64,000 bases of DNA from a virus, in the IMG/VR virus record IMGVR_UViG_3300029704_000004; one strand, given 5' to 3'. Under the pieces are notes generated by a model. That model was not told the origin of the DNA. It saw nothing but the letters and a program-made list of their open reading frames with translations, and did no database searches. Below, piece by piece: positions 17,219 through 25,123 of the stretch; the stretch's first letter is position 1, and each line of letters starts with the position of its first letter. Position numbers and translations under genes: made by a program.

Positions 17219-17812
17219 ATGGAAGAAATTAAGGTAACCCGCCCCGTAAAAGAAGCAGTTGATAATGAATCTTCTATTACTGGACAATTTAATAAAGTTG
17301 TAGTTAAACAACTAGAAAGAGATAGTATTGAAGAAATTCATCCAGAAGTACTTTATCTTACTATTCCTTCAGAATGGACTTGTACATATCATCAACTTAT
17401 TAATTATATTGCTGATGTGGGTAAAGGTATTATTGATGATTGTAGTTTTGCTTGTAAAGGTGATGGTAAGAAATTGTTTAATTGTTGGGGATTATTTCAA
17501 AGTGCTTGTGCTGCTTATCAACAATTAGATTATACTAAAGCTAACTTTTATTATAATTATGTAAAGCAGCAACTTGAAGACTACTATAAAAATTTAGGTA
17601 AACCAATTTATAATGGAACTAATTATTATCCGATTACTCCTGATGGTAAGCTTAAAGCTCTTTGTAGTTGTTCAAATCAAAATGTAATATTTAAAGTTGA
17701 CATTGAAACTGGTAAACTTTATCAGAATTATCTAGATAATAAAGATAATGGTGAAGTATTTACTATTAATGATAATGGTCATTTAAATGTTGAATCTGAT
17801 AATAAAGTTTAG
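17219..17812 (+). CDS. Cys-rich hypothetical protein (197 aa)
   Basis: ATG 17219 is the only in-frame ATG, and codons 7-10 (RPVK) are encoded by repeat copy G. Confidence 0.55.
   Translation: MEEIKVTRPVKEAVDNESSITGQFNKVVVKQLERDSIEEIHPEVLYLTIPSEWTCTYHQLINYIADVGKGIIDDCSFACKGDGKKLFNCWGLFQSACAAYQQLDYTKANFYYNYVKQQLEDYYKNLGKPIYNGTNYYPITPDGKLKALCSCSNQNVIFKVDIETGKLYQNYLDNKDNGEVFTINDNGHLNVESDNKV
17236..17255 (-). repeat. GC-rich dispersed repeat, copy G (- orientation)
   Basis: The + strand reads AACCCGCCCCGTAAAAGAAG. It lies 30 nt after stop 17204-17206 and inside the first codons of ORF 17219. Confidence 0.85.
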
Positions 17813-17845
17813 TCGATTTCAAATTGGCAATTTTGTTCAATTACG

Positions 17846-17860
17846 CATACCTTTTCGGCA
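17846..17860 (+). repeat. decayed copy of the dispersed repeat
   Basis: CATACCTTTTCGGCA compared with the consensus CATACCTTTTACGGGGCGG: the left half is intact and the G-run is lost. It lies 34 nt after stop 17812. Confidence 0.4.
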
Positions 17861-17864
17861 CATC

Positions 17865-17872
17865 GAAATTTG
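17865..17872 (+). promoter_or_regulatory. near-consensus -7 box (GAAATTTG followed by CA)
   Basis: The first base deviates from TAnnTTTG, but the TTTGCAT tail matches the other boxes. It lies 119 nt upstream of ATG 17991. Confidence 0.35.
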
Positions 17873-17990
17873 CATAGACCCATTTTATTTTGTGTCTGAG
17901 CGGTTCAAATATGTAAGTTGATTAACTAATCACGAAATGTGTTTGAGGAGCGTAAATCTCAAATAAAACGTATTTTTTAAATATCATATT

Positions 17991-20900
17991 ATGAAACAAT
18001 TTAGTAAAGACTTAGGAAATGTATCTCTTGTTCCTAAAGGTAAATGGAGTAGAGAACAAGAGTATGAAAGACTTGCTCTTGTTTATAACGCTTGCGATAA
18101 CCTTAGTTATGTTGCTAAGACTAATGTTCCTAGTGGAGTAGATATTGAAAATCGCGAATATTGGCAACCAATGAATGTTACTGGTTATGGTGATAATAAT
18201 TTCATTAATCTTACTACTGAAAACGAAAATGGTACAATTACTGCTTTTGATAGTATTGAAGAAGCTGTAGCTACAATTCTTCCTATTAATCGTAGAGTAG
18301 GTGCTACACTTAGTTTTTATAATCTTAATTCTGATAGACTTGACCGTCAGGCAGAATTTGAACTTTGGCAGTTTAATTCAACCGATTTAGCGAATTGGGA
18401 GAATAAAGATTATTGGAACAATATTTATTATAATTGGAATGTATTTACAGGTTGGTATATTAGTGTTGATAGTTTGGAAAAGCATGTTAAAATACCTAAT
18501 GTTGGTCAATACGCTTATGTTGGTGCTAATCTTAATGATGCACTTTTATATCAATGTAGAACTAATGGTACTTGGACAAATACAGGAATTAAAGTAAGGA
18601 ATTATATATCTGTAGTAGTTAGTGGAAACATAACTATTGGAGAAAATGGTAATTGGTTTAGTGATGGTGAAGACACTGGTATTCCAGCTACTCCTGCTGT
18701 AGATGAACAGCTTGATAATATTATCATACAGTTACAACAACATACTACTGAAATTAGTAATCTTAAAAAGTCTGATGCAAATCTTCAAGACCAAATTACT
18801 TCTAATGATAGTGATATTACTAATCTTACTGCTAAACATAAAAGTTTGAGTAAAACAGTTCAAGGTATTGCTGCAACTGGTGGAGCTAGTACTGCTACTA
18901 ATGTAACTTATAATAATGATGCTAGTGGGTTAAATGCTGAAAACGCTCAAGATGCCATTGATGAACTTCAAAGTTCTAAAATAGGTAAAACGTCAATTTT
19001 GCAGGAATCAGGTGAGGCAAAGGATAAGGTGATGAGTCAGAAGGCTGTTAGGGATGCAGTATCTAAAACTACAAAAGATAGTAGATTCAAAGAAACAATA
19101 GAAGTCATAGTTCCTTCTGGAACAAGTAATGCCAATATAACAATACAGAAATATACTGAAAGTGGAGGAAAATTATATTTTACCATAGATAATAGTAATT
19201 TCCCTCCTAATATATCTTACGTTGGCACACAAATAAGAGATGATGATAATTTAGAAATAACCACTTTTGGTAATGTAACAAATCACACATTAGATAGTTT
19301 TGAGAGTAAGTACTTTAATATAGGTTGTTATTTTGCTTCTGAGGTTCCGAGTGATGTTCATATACCTATTGAAGTAGTATATGAGCAAAGATACAAGACT
19401 TATGATGATGCCATAGATAATAAAATGGGTCTTTGTTATGTTACAATGTATGGCGCACATTGTAGCCCTATATTTAATATAGACTTCAATAGAAAAGAAG
19501 TGACCACCTATAATAAAGAATTTATCTTGTATGATACTAATGCAACATTAAATGATTATCATGGATTATACATAGATTTAAAAGCTGAAGAGGAGAAGAC
19601 AATACCATTTGACATAGAGAGTTATCCAGATAGTAAAATTCCTTATTGGCTAATTTATGACTATACCAATAAGGAATTTAGGGTATGCAACTATGCATGG
19701 ATGAGTAATCATAAAGGTAAAATTGTATTTTATCCTGTTGGATATGGTGCAATTCAATATGTTGATGTGATTGACTCCTTTAAAATAAATTGTGATACAA
19801 GTTTTAAGATTAATGGAGAAGTTTATTATAATGGTCCAAAACAAGTTATGTCTTTAGTTGATAGTGCATTAAAAGGCAAGATAAGTGGTGTAGTAACAAT
19901 AGAAAGTGGCTCAAAGTCAGCTAATGTAACGATAAATCAGACAGTGATGGCTGGTTATAGACTTAGATTTACTATAGACAAATCCAATTTCCCTCAAGAA
20001 ATATCTTATATTGGTGCTCAGATAAGAGATGATAAGAGTACAGAAATAACAACAAGAGGAGAAGATATATTTGAGATAGATAGTTTTAACACAACTAATA
20101 TCAATGTTGCTTTTTATTTCAAATCACAACTGTCAAAAAGCATAGATATACCATTCACTATTGATATATTAACTTACACAAGACAGATAATTGAGGATAA
20201 TGTAGATGAACTTAAATTTCCTTTCTTATCTATAAAAAAATCTCTTACTGTCTCAAATGGAACAAATAACCACGTTGATTATATCTATCATAATTTCTAT
20301 TCTAAAGGAAAAATAAGAATAACTATTGATAAATCTAATTTTCCATTAGATATATCATATAATGGTACACAAATTAGAAATGATAAGGGTACAGAAATAA
20401 CAACACAGGGTGCTAATAGTTTTGAATTTGATAGCCTTGATAGTAGTTATCTTTCAATAGGATGCTATTTCAGATCAAATGTTAGTAAAGATATTGTAAT
20501 TCCTTACACTATTGAGGTAATGCTGCCTTCTCCTTATGAAGAACAAACAAGACAGATAATTGAGGATATATCTTTAGATGGTCTAATTCCAGCAGGTATA
20601 TCAACTAAAAGATTTGAAAATTTCCAAGATTTCAACATATATGGATATGGAAGTTCTGTATCAATATTGAAAGATAGTTCAGGTAATTATGATACTCCAC
20701 CTATTGAGATTGCAGGTGGTGGAATATCTAATATTACAGTAATAGAAGATGGTGGATTCACAGACCATTCAGCCTATTGTGTCCATAGTGATAATAATAA
20801 TGCTAAGGGAAAGACCCTTAGGGTGGATAATTGCCATTTTATCTCCAATTCAGGTTCCTGCTGGGGTGTTGGAACAAGAAATGGTTATACCATGGAGTTT

Positions 20901-21281
20901 AGAAATTGTGTCTTTGAAAAAACTACTGACAGTGAAAGTGAATTATCTGGAGTTTGCTGGTATTCTCATAATACTACTGTAGATGGAAATATTCCTTCAT
21001 TAGATGATAAATCTAAAGTAATATTTATTGGATGTACATTTTTAAGTGATAAAAAGTATTGTATGAGATTACAAGACTGGAATGGAAGTACTACTGATTA
21101 TTGTGAGTGGACTTTCATAAATTGTACATTTATATGTACATCTGATAATACTGATGATGCTGTCTATATAGAATATAAGAACTACCCTGATGAACTTGGA
21201 GCAAAGGGGTTCAAGCATAAATTCTCATTATCAGAAAAGTCTTGTGGTAATAATGTTTCTTGGCTTAATTATAATAATTAG
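17991..21281 (+). CDS. tail fibre / receptor-binding protein, mosaic, with C-terminal beta-helix-like domain
   Basis: The coiled coil and NAENAQDAIDEL...KVMSQKAVRDAV are tail-fibre-type motifs. Three divergent ~100-aa internal repeats follow. The C-terminus has repeated NCxF/GCTF/NCTF turns typical of parallel beta-helix proteins. Confidence 0.7.
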   Translation: MKQFSKDLGNVSLVPKGKWSREQEYERLALVYNACDNLSYVAKTNVPSGVDIENREYWQPMNVTGYGDNNFINLTTENENGTITAFDSIEEAVATILPINRRVGATLSFYNLNSDRLDRQAEFELWQFNSTDLANWENKDYWNNIYYNWNVFTGWYISVDSLEKHVKIPNVGQYAYVGANLNDALLYQCRTNGTWTNTGIKVRNYISVVVSGNITIGENGNWFSDGEDTGIPATPAVDEQLDNIIIQLQQHTTEISNLKKSDANLQDQITSNDSDITNLTAKHKSLSKTVQGIAATGGASTATNVTYNNDASGLNAENAQDAIDELQSSKIGKTSILQESGEAKDKVMSQKAVRDAVSKTTKDSRFKETIEVIVPSGTSNANITIQKYTESGGKLYFTIDNSNFPPNISYVGTQIRDDDNLEITTFGNVTNHTLDSFESKYFNIGCYFASEVPSDVHIPIEVVYEQRYKTYDDAIDNKMGLCYVTMYGAHCSPIFNIDFNRKEVTTYNKEFILYDTNATLNDYHGLYIDLKAEEEKTIPFDIESYPDSKIPYWLIYDYTNKEFRVCNYAWMSNHKGKIVFYPVGYGAIQYVDVIDSFKINCDTSFKINGEVYYNGPKQVMSLVDSALKGKISGVVTIESGSKSANVTINQTVMAGYRLRFTIDKSNFPQEISYIGAQIRDDKSTEITTRGEDIFEIDSFNTTNINVAFYFKSQLSKSIDIPFTIDILTYTRQIIEDNVDELKFPFLSIKKSLTVSNGTNNHVDYIYHNFYSKGKIRITIDKSNFPLDISYNGTQIRNDKGTEITTQGANSFEFDSLDSSYLSIGCYFRSNVSKDIVIPYTIEVMLPSPYEEQTRQIIEDISLDGLIPAGISTKRFENFQDFNIYGYGSSVSILKDSSGNYDTPPIEIAGGGISNITVIEDGGFTDHSAYCVHSDNNNAKGKTLRVDNCHFISNSGSCWGVGTRNGYTMEFRNCVFEKTTDSESELSGVCWYSHNTTVDGNIPSLDDKSKVIFIGCTFLSDKKYCMRLQDWNGSTTDYCEWTFINCTFICTSDNTDDAVYIEYKNYPDELGAKGFKHKFSLSEKSCGNNVSWLNYNN
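19098..20568 (+). repeat. three divergent domain repeats inside the tail fibre gene
   Basis: Units at about 19098-19395, 19890-20199 and 20241-20568 share the pattern ...R/KLxFTIDxSNFPxxISYxGxQIRxDxxxEITTxG...IPxxI.... Units 2 and 3 both end with the exact 22-mer ACAAGACAGATAATTGAGGATA (20178-20199 and 20547-20568). Confidence 0.8.
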
Positions 21282-21322
21282 TAAAAGTATGGTTCTAACA
21301 ACGTAATTAACAATAAATTATT

Positions 21323-21403
21323 ATGAGACAGATAAATTATATTATTATTATTATTCACTGCTCAGCCACTAAGGCTGGGCGTGATTTTCATGTTAGAACT
21401 TAA
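21323..21403 (+). pseudogene. truncated N-terminal remnant of an N-acetylmuramoyl-L-alanine amidase (T7-lysozyme/Amidase_2 type)
   Basis: MRQINYIIIIIHCSATKAGRDFHVRT*. HCSATK is the signature found near the N-terminus of T7 lysozyme (FVHCSATKPS). The ORF stops after 26 codons, and nothing amidase-like follows. Confidence 0.6.
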
Positions 21404-21458
21404 AGTTATAAGACTTGAACTCTAAGTTGCTGAGTTTATAAACTTAAAAAATAGATAT

Positions 21459-21773
21459 ATGAAGAAGAATAAGGAGCAATTACATGAAGCATTAATTGTG
21501 CTTCTTACTAAATTATCATCTGCAAGGGACAATCCCTTATTGATAGATAACTATGTAGTAAATGCTTTACGAACAACTCTTGTAACTTTTAAAGAATCTG
21601 GAGAACTTCATGAAGCATTAAAAGAGCAAATACAAACTGCTATGCAAAGTAACAATCCTTGGATAAGCATTTTGATGAAATCAATGAATATAAATTCTTC
21701 TATTGATGAACATATAACAGATGAAGCCGTTGATAATATGATTGAATCGATGTTAGGAAAGGAACAAAGTTAA
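21459..21773 (+). CDS. helical hypothetical protein (104 aa)
   Basis: ORF whose codon style matches the foreign-looking 3' part of the tail fibre gene. Confidence 0.55.
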   Translation: MKKNKEQLHEALIVLLTKLSSARDNPLLIDNYVVNALRTTLVTFKESGELHEALKEQIQTAMQSNNPWISILMKSMNINSSIDEHITDEAVDNMIESMLGKEQS

Positions 21774-21800
21774 TACAATAAATAAATTATATACTAAAGA

Positions 21801-21831
21801 AAGGAAGTACTAAATAAGTACTTCCTTTTTT
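21801..21831 (+). terminator. rho-independent terminator
   Basis: AAGGAAGTACT-AAATA-AGTACTTCCTT followed by a T-run. Confidence 0.8.
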
Positions 21832-21939
21832 AATTGAAATTAACTGCACAATATTTGTTATTTTGTATGTAATTTATAGATTTATGTTAAACTAATTTAT
21901 AATTATAATCTAATTAATACAACATATTAAAAAGAATCT

Positions 21940-21947
21940 TATATTTG
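21940..21947 (+). promoter_or_regulatory. Bacteroidota-type -7 promoter box
   Basis: TATATTTG followed by CA, 43 nt upstream of ATG 21990. Confidence 0.6.
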
Positions 21948-21989
21948 CAACTATTAATAATATTATTAACTTTTAAAATAAATAAGAGT

Positions 21990-22328
21990 ATGAATAGGAA
22001 AGAAACATTAATTTGGTCTATAATCGACAATGTGATTGTAGCATGTGATATTCCTAGAGCTGACGGTACTCATTCTATTACTAGAGAATCTATTGTTAGT
22101 AAATCTAGAGAAGAAAATGTAGTTATGGCTAGAGCTTTAGTAGTTGAACAAATGGTTCATGCAGGTTTTACTATCACTAGTATAGCTTATATTTTAAATA
22201 GAACTGTTCAAGCTACTAGATATCTATTTAAACTGAGTACTGAATTTTATCGAACTTCTAGAGCTTTTAGACTTGCTACTTCTGAAGCAACTCTTATGAA
22301 TAAAGATGTTGAACCTATTTTTGTTTAA
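21990..22328 (+). CDS. DnaA-domain-IV-like HTH DNA-binding protein (112 aa)
   Basis: I prefer ATG 21990 because the track's TTG start at 21945 lies inside the promoter box. SKSREENVVMARALVVEQMVHAGFTITSIAYILNRTVQATRY parallels the DnaA C-terminal pattern [44 protein letters not shown]. Confidence 0.45.
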   Translation: MNRKETLIWSIIDNVIVACDIPRADGTHSITRESIVSKSREENVVMARALVVEQMVHAGFTITSIAYILNRTVQATRYLFKLSTEFYRTSRAFRLATSEATLMNKDVEPIFV

Positions 22329-22389
22329 CTAAAAAATAATTGGAAAACAAAAGTAATGGCATCGAAATAAGTTATAATTATTTTATTAA

Positions 22390-22426
22390 GATGGTAATTG
22401 GAACAAAATCCGATTACCATCTTTTT
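22390..22426 (+). terminator. rho-independent terminator
   Basis: GATGGTAAT-(14 nt)-ATTACCATC followed by T5. Confidence 0.75.
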
Positions 22427-22447
22427 GTTTATATACCAGATTCTGTT

Positions 22448-22455
22448 TATCTTTG
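22448..22455 (+). promoter_or_regulatory. Bacteroidota-type -7 promoter box
   Basis: TATCTTTG followed by CA. A TTTG about 20 nt upstream, inside the preceding terminator's T-run, could serve as the -33 element. Confidence 0.6.
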
Positions 22456-22520
22456 CAACGTACAAAATACTAGTTAATGTACAAATTAATCTTTTTATTA
22501 ACTTAATAATTTAATAAGTC

Positions 22521-23450
22521 ATGGATGATTCTAAAATTTTTATGTTCCCTGATGGTGGAACTAGTAAGACTTCTAACGATGTTAACAGTCTGCTTCCTTT
22601 ACTTATGTGTAATGGAGGTTTTGGTGGTGGTAATTGGATTTGGATAATCTTCTTGTTCTTCCTTTATCCTCTTATGCGTAATGGTGGATTATTTGGTAAC
22701 TTTGGTCAGAATGGTGCTGGTTGTCTTGGTCCTCTTGCTAATATGGTTAATAATAATGATGGACGTGACTTGCTTATGCAAGCTATTAATGGTAACGGTG
22801 CTGCAACTCAAAGATTGGCTACTATGTTTGGAACTAAAGTTGATATGATTCAAGCAGCTATTGCTCAGGTAAACAATGGTATTACCCAAGTAGGTTGTAA
22901 GATTGATTCTTCTACTGGTGCTTTGCTTAATGCTGGTACTCAGAACACTATGACTCTTGCTAATCAGTTGGCTACTTGCTGCTGTAACTTAAAGAGTGCT
23001 ATTACAGAGGGTAATTATCAAAATCAAATTGCTACTATTCAGCAGACTGATGCTATTAAACAAAGTGTCGGTGATGTAGGTAATGCTGTAACTCGTGGAT
23101 TCTCCGATATGGGTTATGCTCTTCGTGACCAGACTTGCAATATTGATAAGTCTATTGATGTAGTTGGTGATAGAATTATTGCTAAACTTGATGCTTCTGA
23201 AAAGTCTGCAATGCAGGATAAGATTAATGCTCTGCAAACTCAGTTGACTACTGAACATCAAAGTGGAGTAATTGCTCAGCAAATTGCTGCTGCTGTAAAT
23301 CCTATTGCTCAAGCTGTTAATGAAATTAAGTGTGCTCAGCCTCAGACTGTAACAGTTCCTTATCAGCCATTCCAGGCAGTACCAAATTGTATAGCTTATC
23401 AATATGGTATGTATAATGGTTGTAATAATCTTAATGGTTTTTGGCTTTAA
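22521..23450 (+). CDS. Gly-rich membrane-anchored, Cys-rich protein of unknown function (309 aa)
   Basis: GGFGGGNWIWIIFLFFLYPLM is a hydrophobic segment. The remainder is Q/A/T-rich with scattered Cys, including a CCC triplet. Confidence 0.6.
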   Translation: MDDSKIFMFPDGGTSKTSNDVNSLLPLLMCNGGFGGGNWIWIIFLFFLYPLMRNGGLFGNFGQNGAGCLGPLANMVNNNDGRDLLMQAINGNGAATQRLATMFGTKVDMIQAAIAQVNNGITQVGCKIDSSTGALLNAGTQNTMTLANQLATCCCNLKSAITEGNYQNQIATIQQTDAIKQSVGDVGNAVTRGFSDMGYALRDQTCNIDKSIDVVGDRIIAKLDASEKSAMQDKINALQTQLTTEHQSGVIAQQIAAAVNPIAQAVNEIKCAQPQTVTVPYQPFQAVPNCIAYQYGMYNGCNNLNGFWL

Positions 23451-23468
23451 ATTATAGGAGGTAATATT

Positions 23469-23783
23469 ATGGCTTTTAATGATTTCATTGGTAATCGTGG
23501 CGGTATACCTTTAGTAGCTGCTACTCAAACGACTGCTGGCAGTGCTACTGCTAATGCTGTTTTTAGTATGCCTAATCATACTTTCAGAGCTATGGGAGTT
23601 GCTGGTATAATGGTAATTAATTTTAATGCAGCTACAACTACTGCAACTGGTTTTGAGATTATGGTTAATAATAACACTCTTCCTCTCTTGGCAAGTAATG
23701 GAGAAGCTCTTACTGCTCTTACAGAAGGTCTTCACATTATAGTATTTGATAAACAAAATAATAAACTTCAACTCATAGTATAA
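23469..23783 (+). CDS. hypothetical protein (104 aa)
   Basis: Clean ORF with a TAATG overlap onto the next gene. Confidence 0.55.
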   Translation: MAFNDFIGNRGGIPLVAATQTTAGSATANAVFSMPNHTFRAMGVAGIMVINFNAATTTATGFEIMVNNNTLPLLASNGEALTALTEGLHIIVFDKQNNKLQLIV

Positions 23784-24256
23784 TGTTTTCAGCTCTCAAT
23801 CAAGGTAGCCGAGTTTATATTTTAAACAAAGCTAATGGAATAGATTTTAAGATTGGAGAAGTTGTTGGGACTACAACACCTGTATTTGCAACTGATGGTA
23901 TTAATACAATGGTTGTAAACTTAAAGGTTAAAGTAGATGGAAGTACTGTAGATTATAATAATATTCCTGCTAACAATAATTCTGTTAGTTATAATAACGG
24001 AAATCTTATTATAGCTGAAAGTAAACAAACTATCCAATCTGAAGTAGAAGCTACTCTGCAACATGCTAACTATGTTATAGAACATATTGAAGATTATAAA
24101 AATCAAGTAGTTCGATGTGAAGAAGTTCTTAAAGAACTTAATCCTCAATTTGCTAAAGACAAAGCACGTGATGAAAGAATAGCAGGTATAGAAAATGAAG
24201 TTGCTGGAATGAAAGGTGATATAGCTAAGATTCTGGCTGCTGTAACTAAACAATAA
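23783..24256 (+). CDS. hypothetical protein (157 aa)
   Basis: Clean ORF with a C-terminal coiled coil. Confidence 0.55.
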   Translation: MFSALNQGSRVYILNKANGIDFKIGEVVGTTTPVFATDGINTMVVNLKVKVDGSTVDYNNIPANNNSVSYNNGNLIIAESKQTIQSEVEATLQHANYVIEHIEDYKNQVVRCEEVLKELNPQFAKDKARDERIAGIENEVAGMKGDIAKILAAVTKQ

Positions 24257-24260
24257 AATT

Positions 24261-24491
24261 ATGATACTTATGGTACAACGTAATATGAATAAGTCTGAGC
24301 TTAAAGAAAAGATTAGACGTATGAAAATGGAACTTCAGGAGTTAGAAGATGCTCTTGATAAGTGTGAAGATAGAGATAATCGCTATGACGAAGAGGAAAA
24401 CTATCGAAGAAATCATGATTATGATAGACGTGAACATGATTATGAAGACAGAGATAGAGAATATGGTCGTGGTCGTTATGGTAGGTATTAA
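24261..24491 (+). CDS. highly charged Arg/Asp/Glu/Tyr-rich small protein (76 aa)
   Basis: The C-terminal half reads DRDNRYDEEENYRRNHDYDRREHDYEDRDREYGRGRYGRY. The start may instead be the internal ATG at 24285. Confidence 0.45.
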   Translation: MILMVQRNMNKSELKEKIRRMKMELQELEDALDKCEDRDNRYDEEENYRRNHDYDRREHDYEDRDREYGRGRYGRY

Positions 24492-24495
24492 TTGA

Positions 24496-24520
24496 AAGCC
24501 GCCCCGTAAAGAGAATGTAG
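24496..24520 (-). repeat. GC-rich dispersed repeat, copy H (left arm of a doublet)
   Basis: The + strand reads AAGCCGCCCCGTAAAGAGAATGTAG and starts 5 nt after stop 24489-24491. Confidence 0.9.
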
Positions 24521-24530
24521 AATTGTATGA

Positions 24531-24554
24531 TTCAATACCTTTTACGGGGCGGTT
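24531..24554 (+). repeat. GC-rich dispersed repeat, copy I (right arm of a doublet)
   Basis: TTCAATACCTTTTACGGGGCGGTT. TTTACGGGGCGG (24541-24552) is the exact reverse complement of CCGCCCCGTAAA (24499-24510). Confidence 0.9.
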
Positions 24555-24569
24555 ATAATAACTAAAGTT

Positions 24570-24995
24570 ATGAAAGTAAAAGAAGGTTTTGATGTTTATG
24601 ATGAACTTCCTGAAGATATGATAGCTTATCTTAGATATAATGGAAGGCATTTTAATAGAAGACTTGTTGAGTTTGCAACTAGTAAAATGACTACTAGAGA
24701 TTCTAATGGAACAGAAGTTCCTCTTGAACCTATATCTAAAGATAAACTATTTGATATGATGAAACAAAATGGAGTTTATCTTGATAATAATGACAATCCT
24801 TACGATGCAGTATTTGCAGCCAATATGTGTAAAGCTGATTATCTTGGAAGTAGTATTACTGATGAAAAACATTTATGTTTGTATGTTAAAGATGTTATTG
24901 ATGATGTAGATGGTTACGATGGAATTGTTTTTAATCGTTGGTATGCAGATATGTGCCGTAAAGGAGTTCAAGTTGATTGGTATGAATGTAGATAA
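24570..24995 (+). CDS. hypothetical protein (141 aa)
   Basis: Clean ORF that starts 16 nt after the doublet. Confidence 0.6.
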   Translation: MKVKEGFDVYDELPEDMIAYLRYNGRHFNRRLVEFATSKMTTRDSNGTEVPLEPISKDKLFDMMKQNGVYLDNNDNPYDAVFAANMCKADYLGSSITDEKHLCLYVKDVIDDVDGYDGIVFNRWYADMCRKGVQVDWYECR

Positions 24996-25019
24996 CATTA
25001 ATAATTACTATTCTTTATA

Positions 25020-25063
25020 ATAGCTTTCAAGTTAAGAAATTATCTTAATTTGGAAGCTATTTT
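25020..25063 (+). terminator. rho-independent terminator
   Basis: ATAGCTTTCAA...TTGGAAGCTAT (one G:U pair) with inner TTAAGA/TCTTAA pairing, followed by TTT-AG-TTTTT. Confidence 0.65.
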
Positions 25064-25075
25064 AGTTTTTATGAT

Positions 25076-25083
25076 TATCTTTG
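25076..25083 (+). promoter_or_regulatory. Bacteroidota-type -7 promoter box
   Basis: TATCTTTG followed by CA, 41 nt upstream of ATG 25124. Confidence 0.6.
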
Positions 25084-25123
25084 CAGAGGTATTAATATTA
25101 TTAATAATCAAATTGTTATAACA

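Noticed and set aside
19098-20568. A diversity-generating retroelement (template/variable repeat) in the tail fibre gene.
   Set aside because: The three repeat units are highly divergent at the nucleotide level except for a 22-mer. The differences are not adenine-specific, and the window contains no reverse transcriptase.
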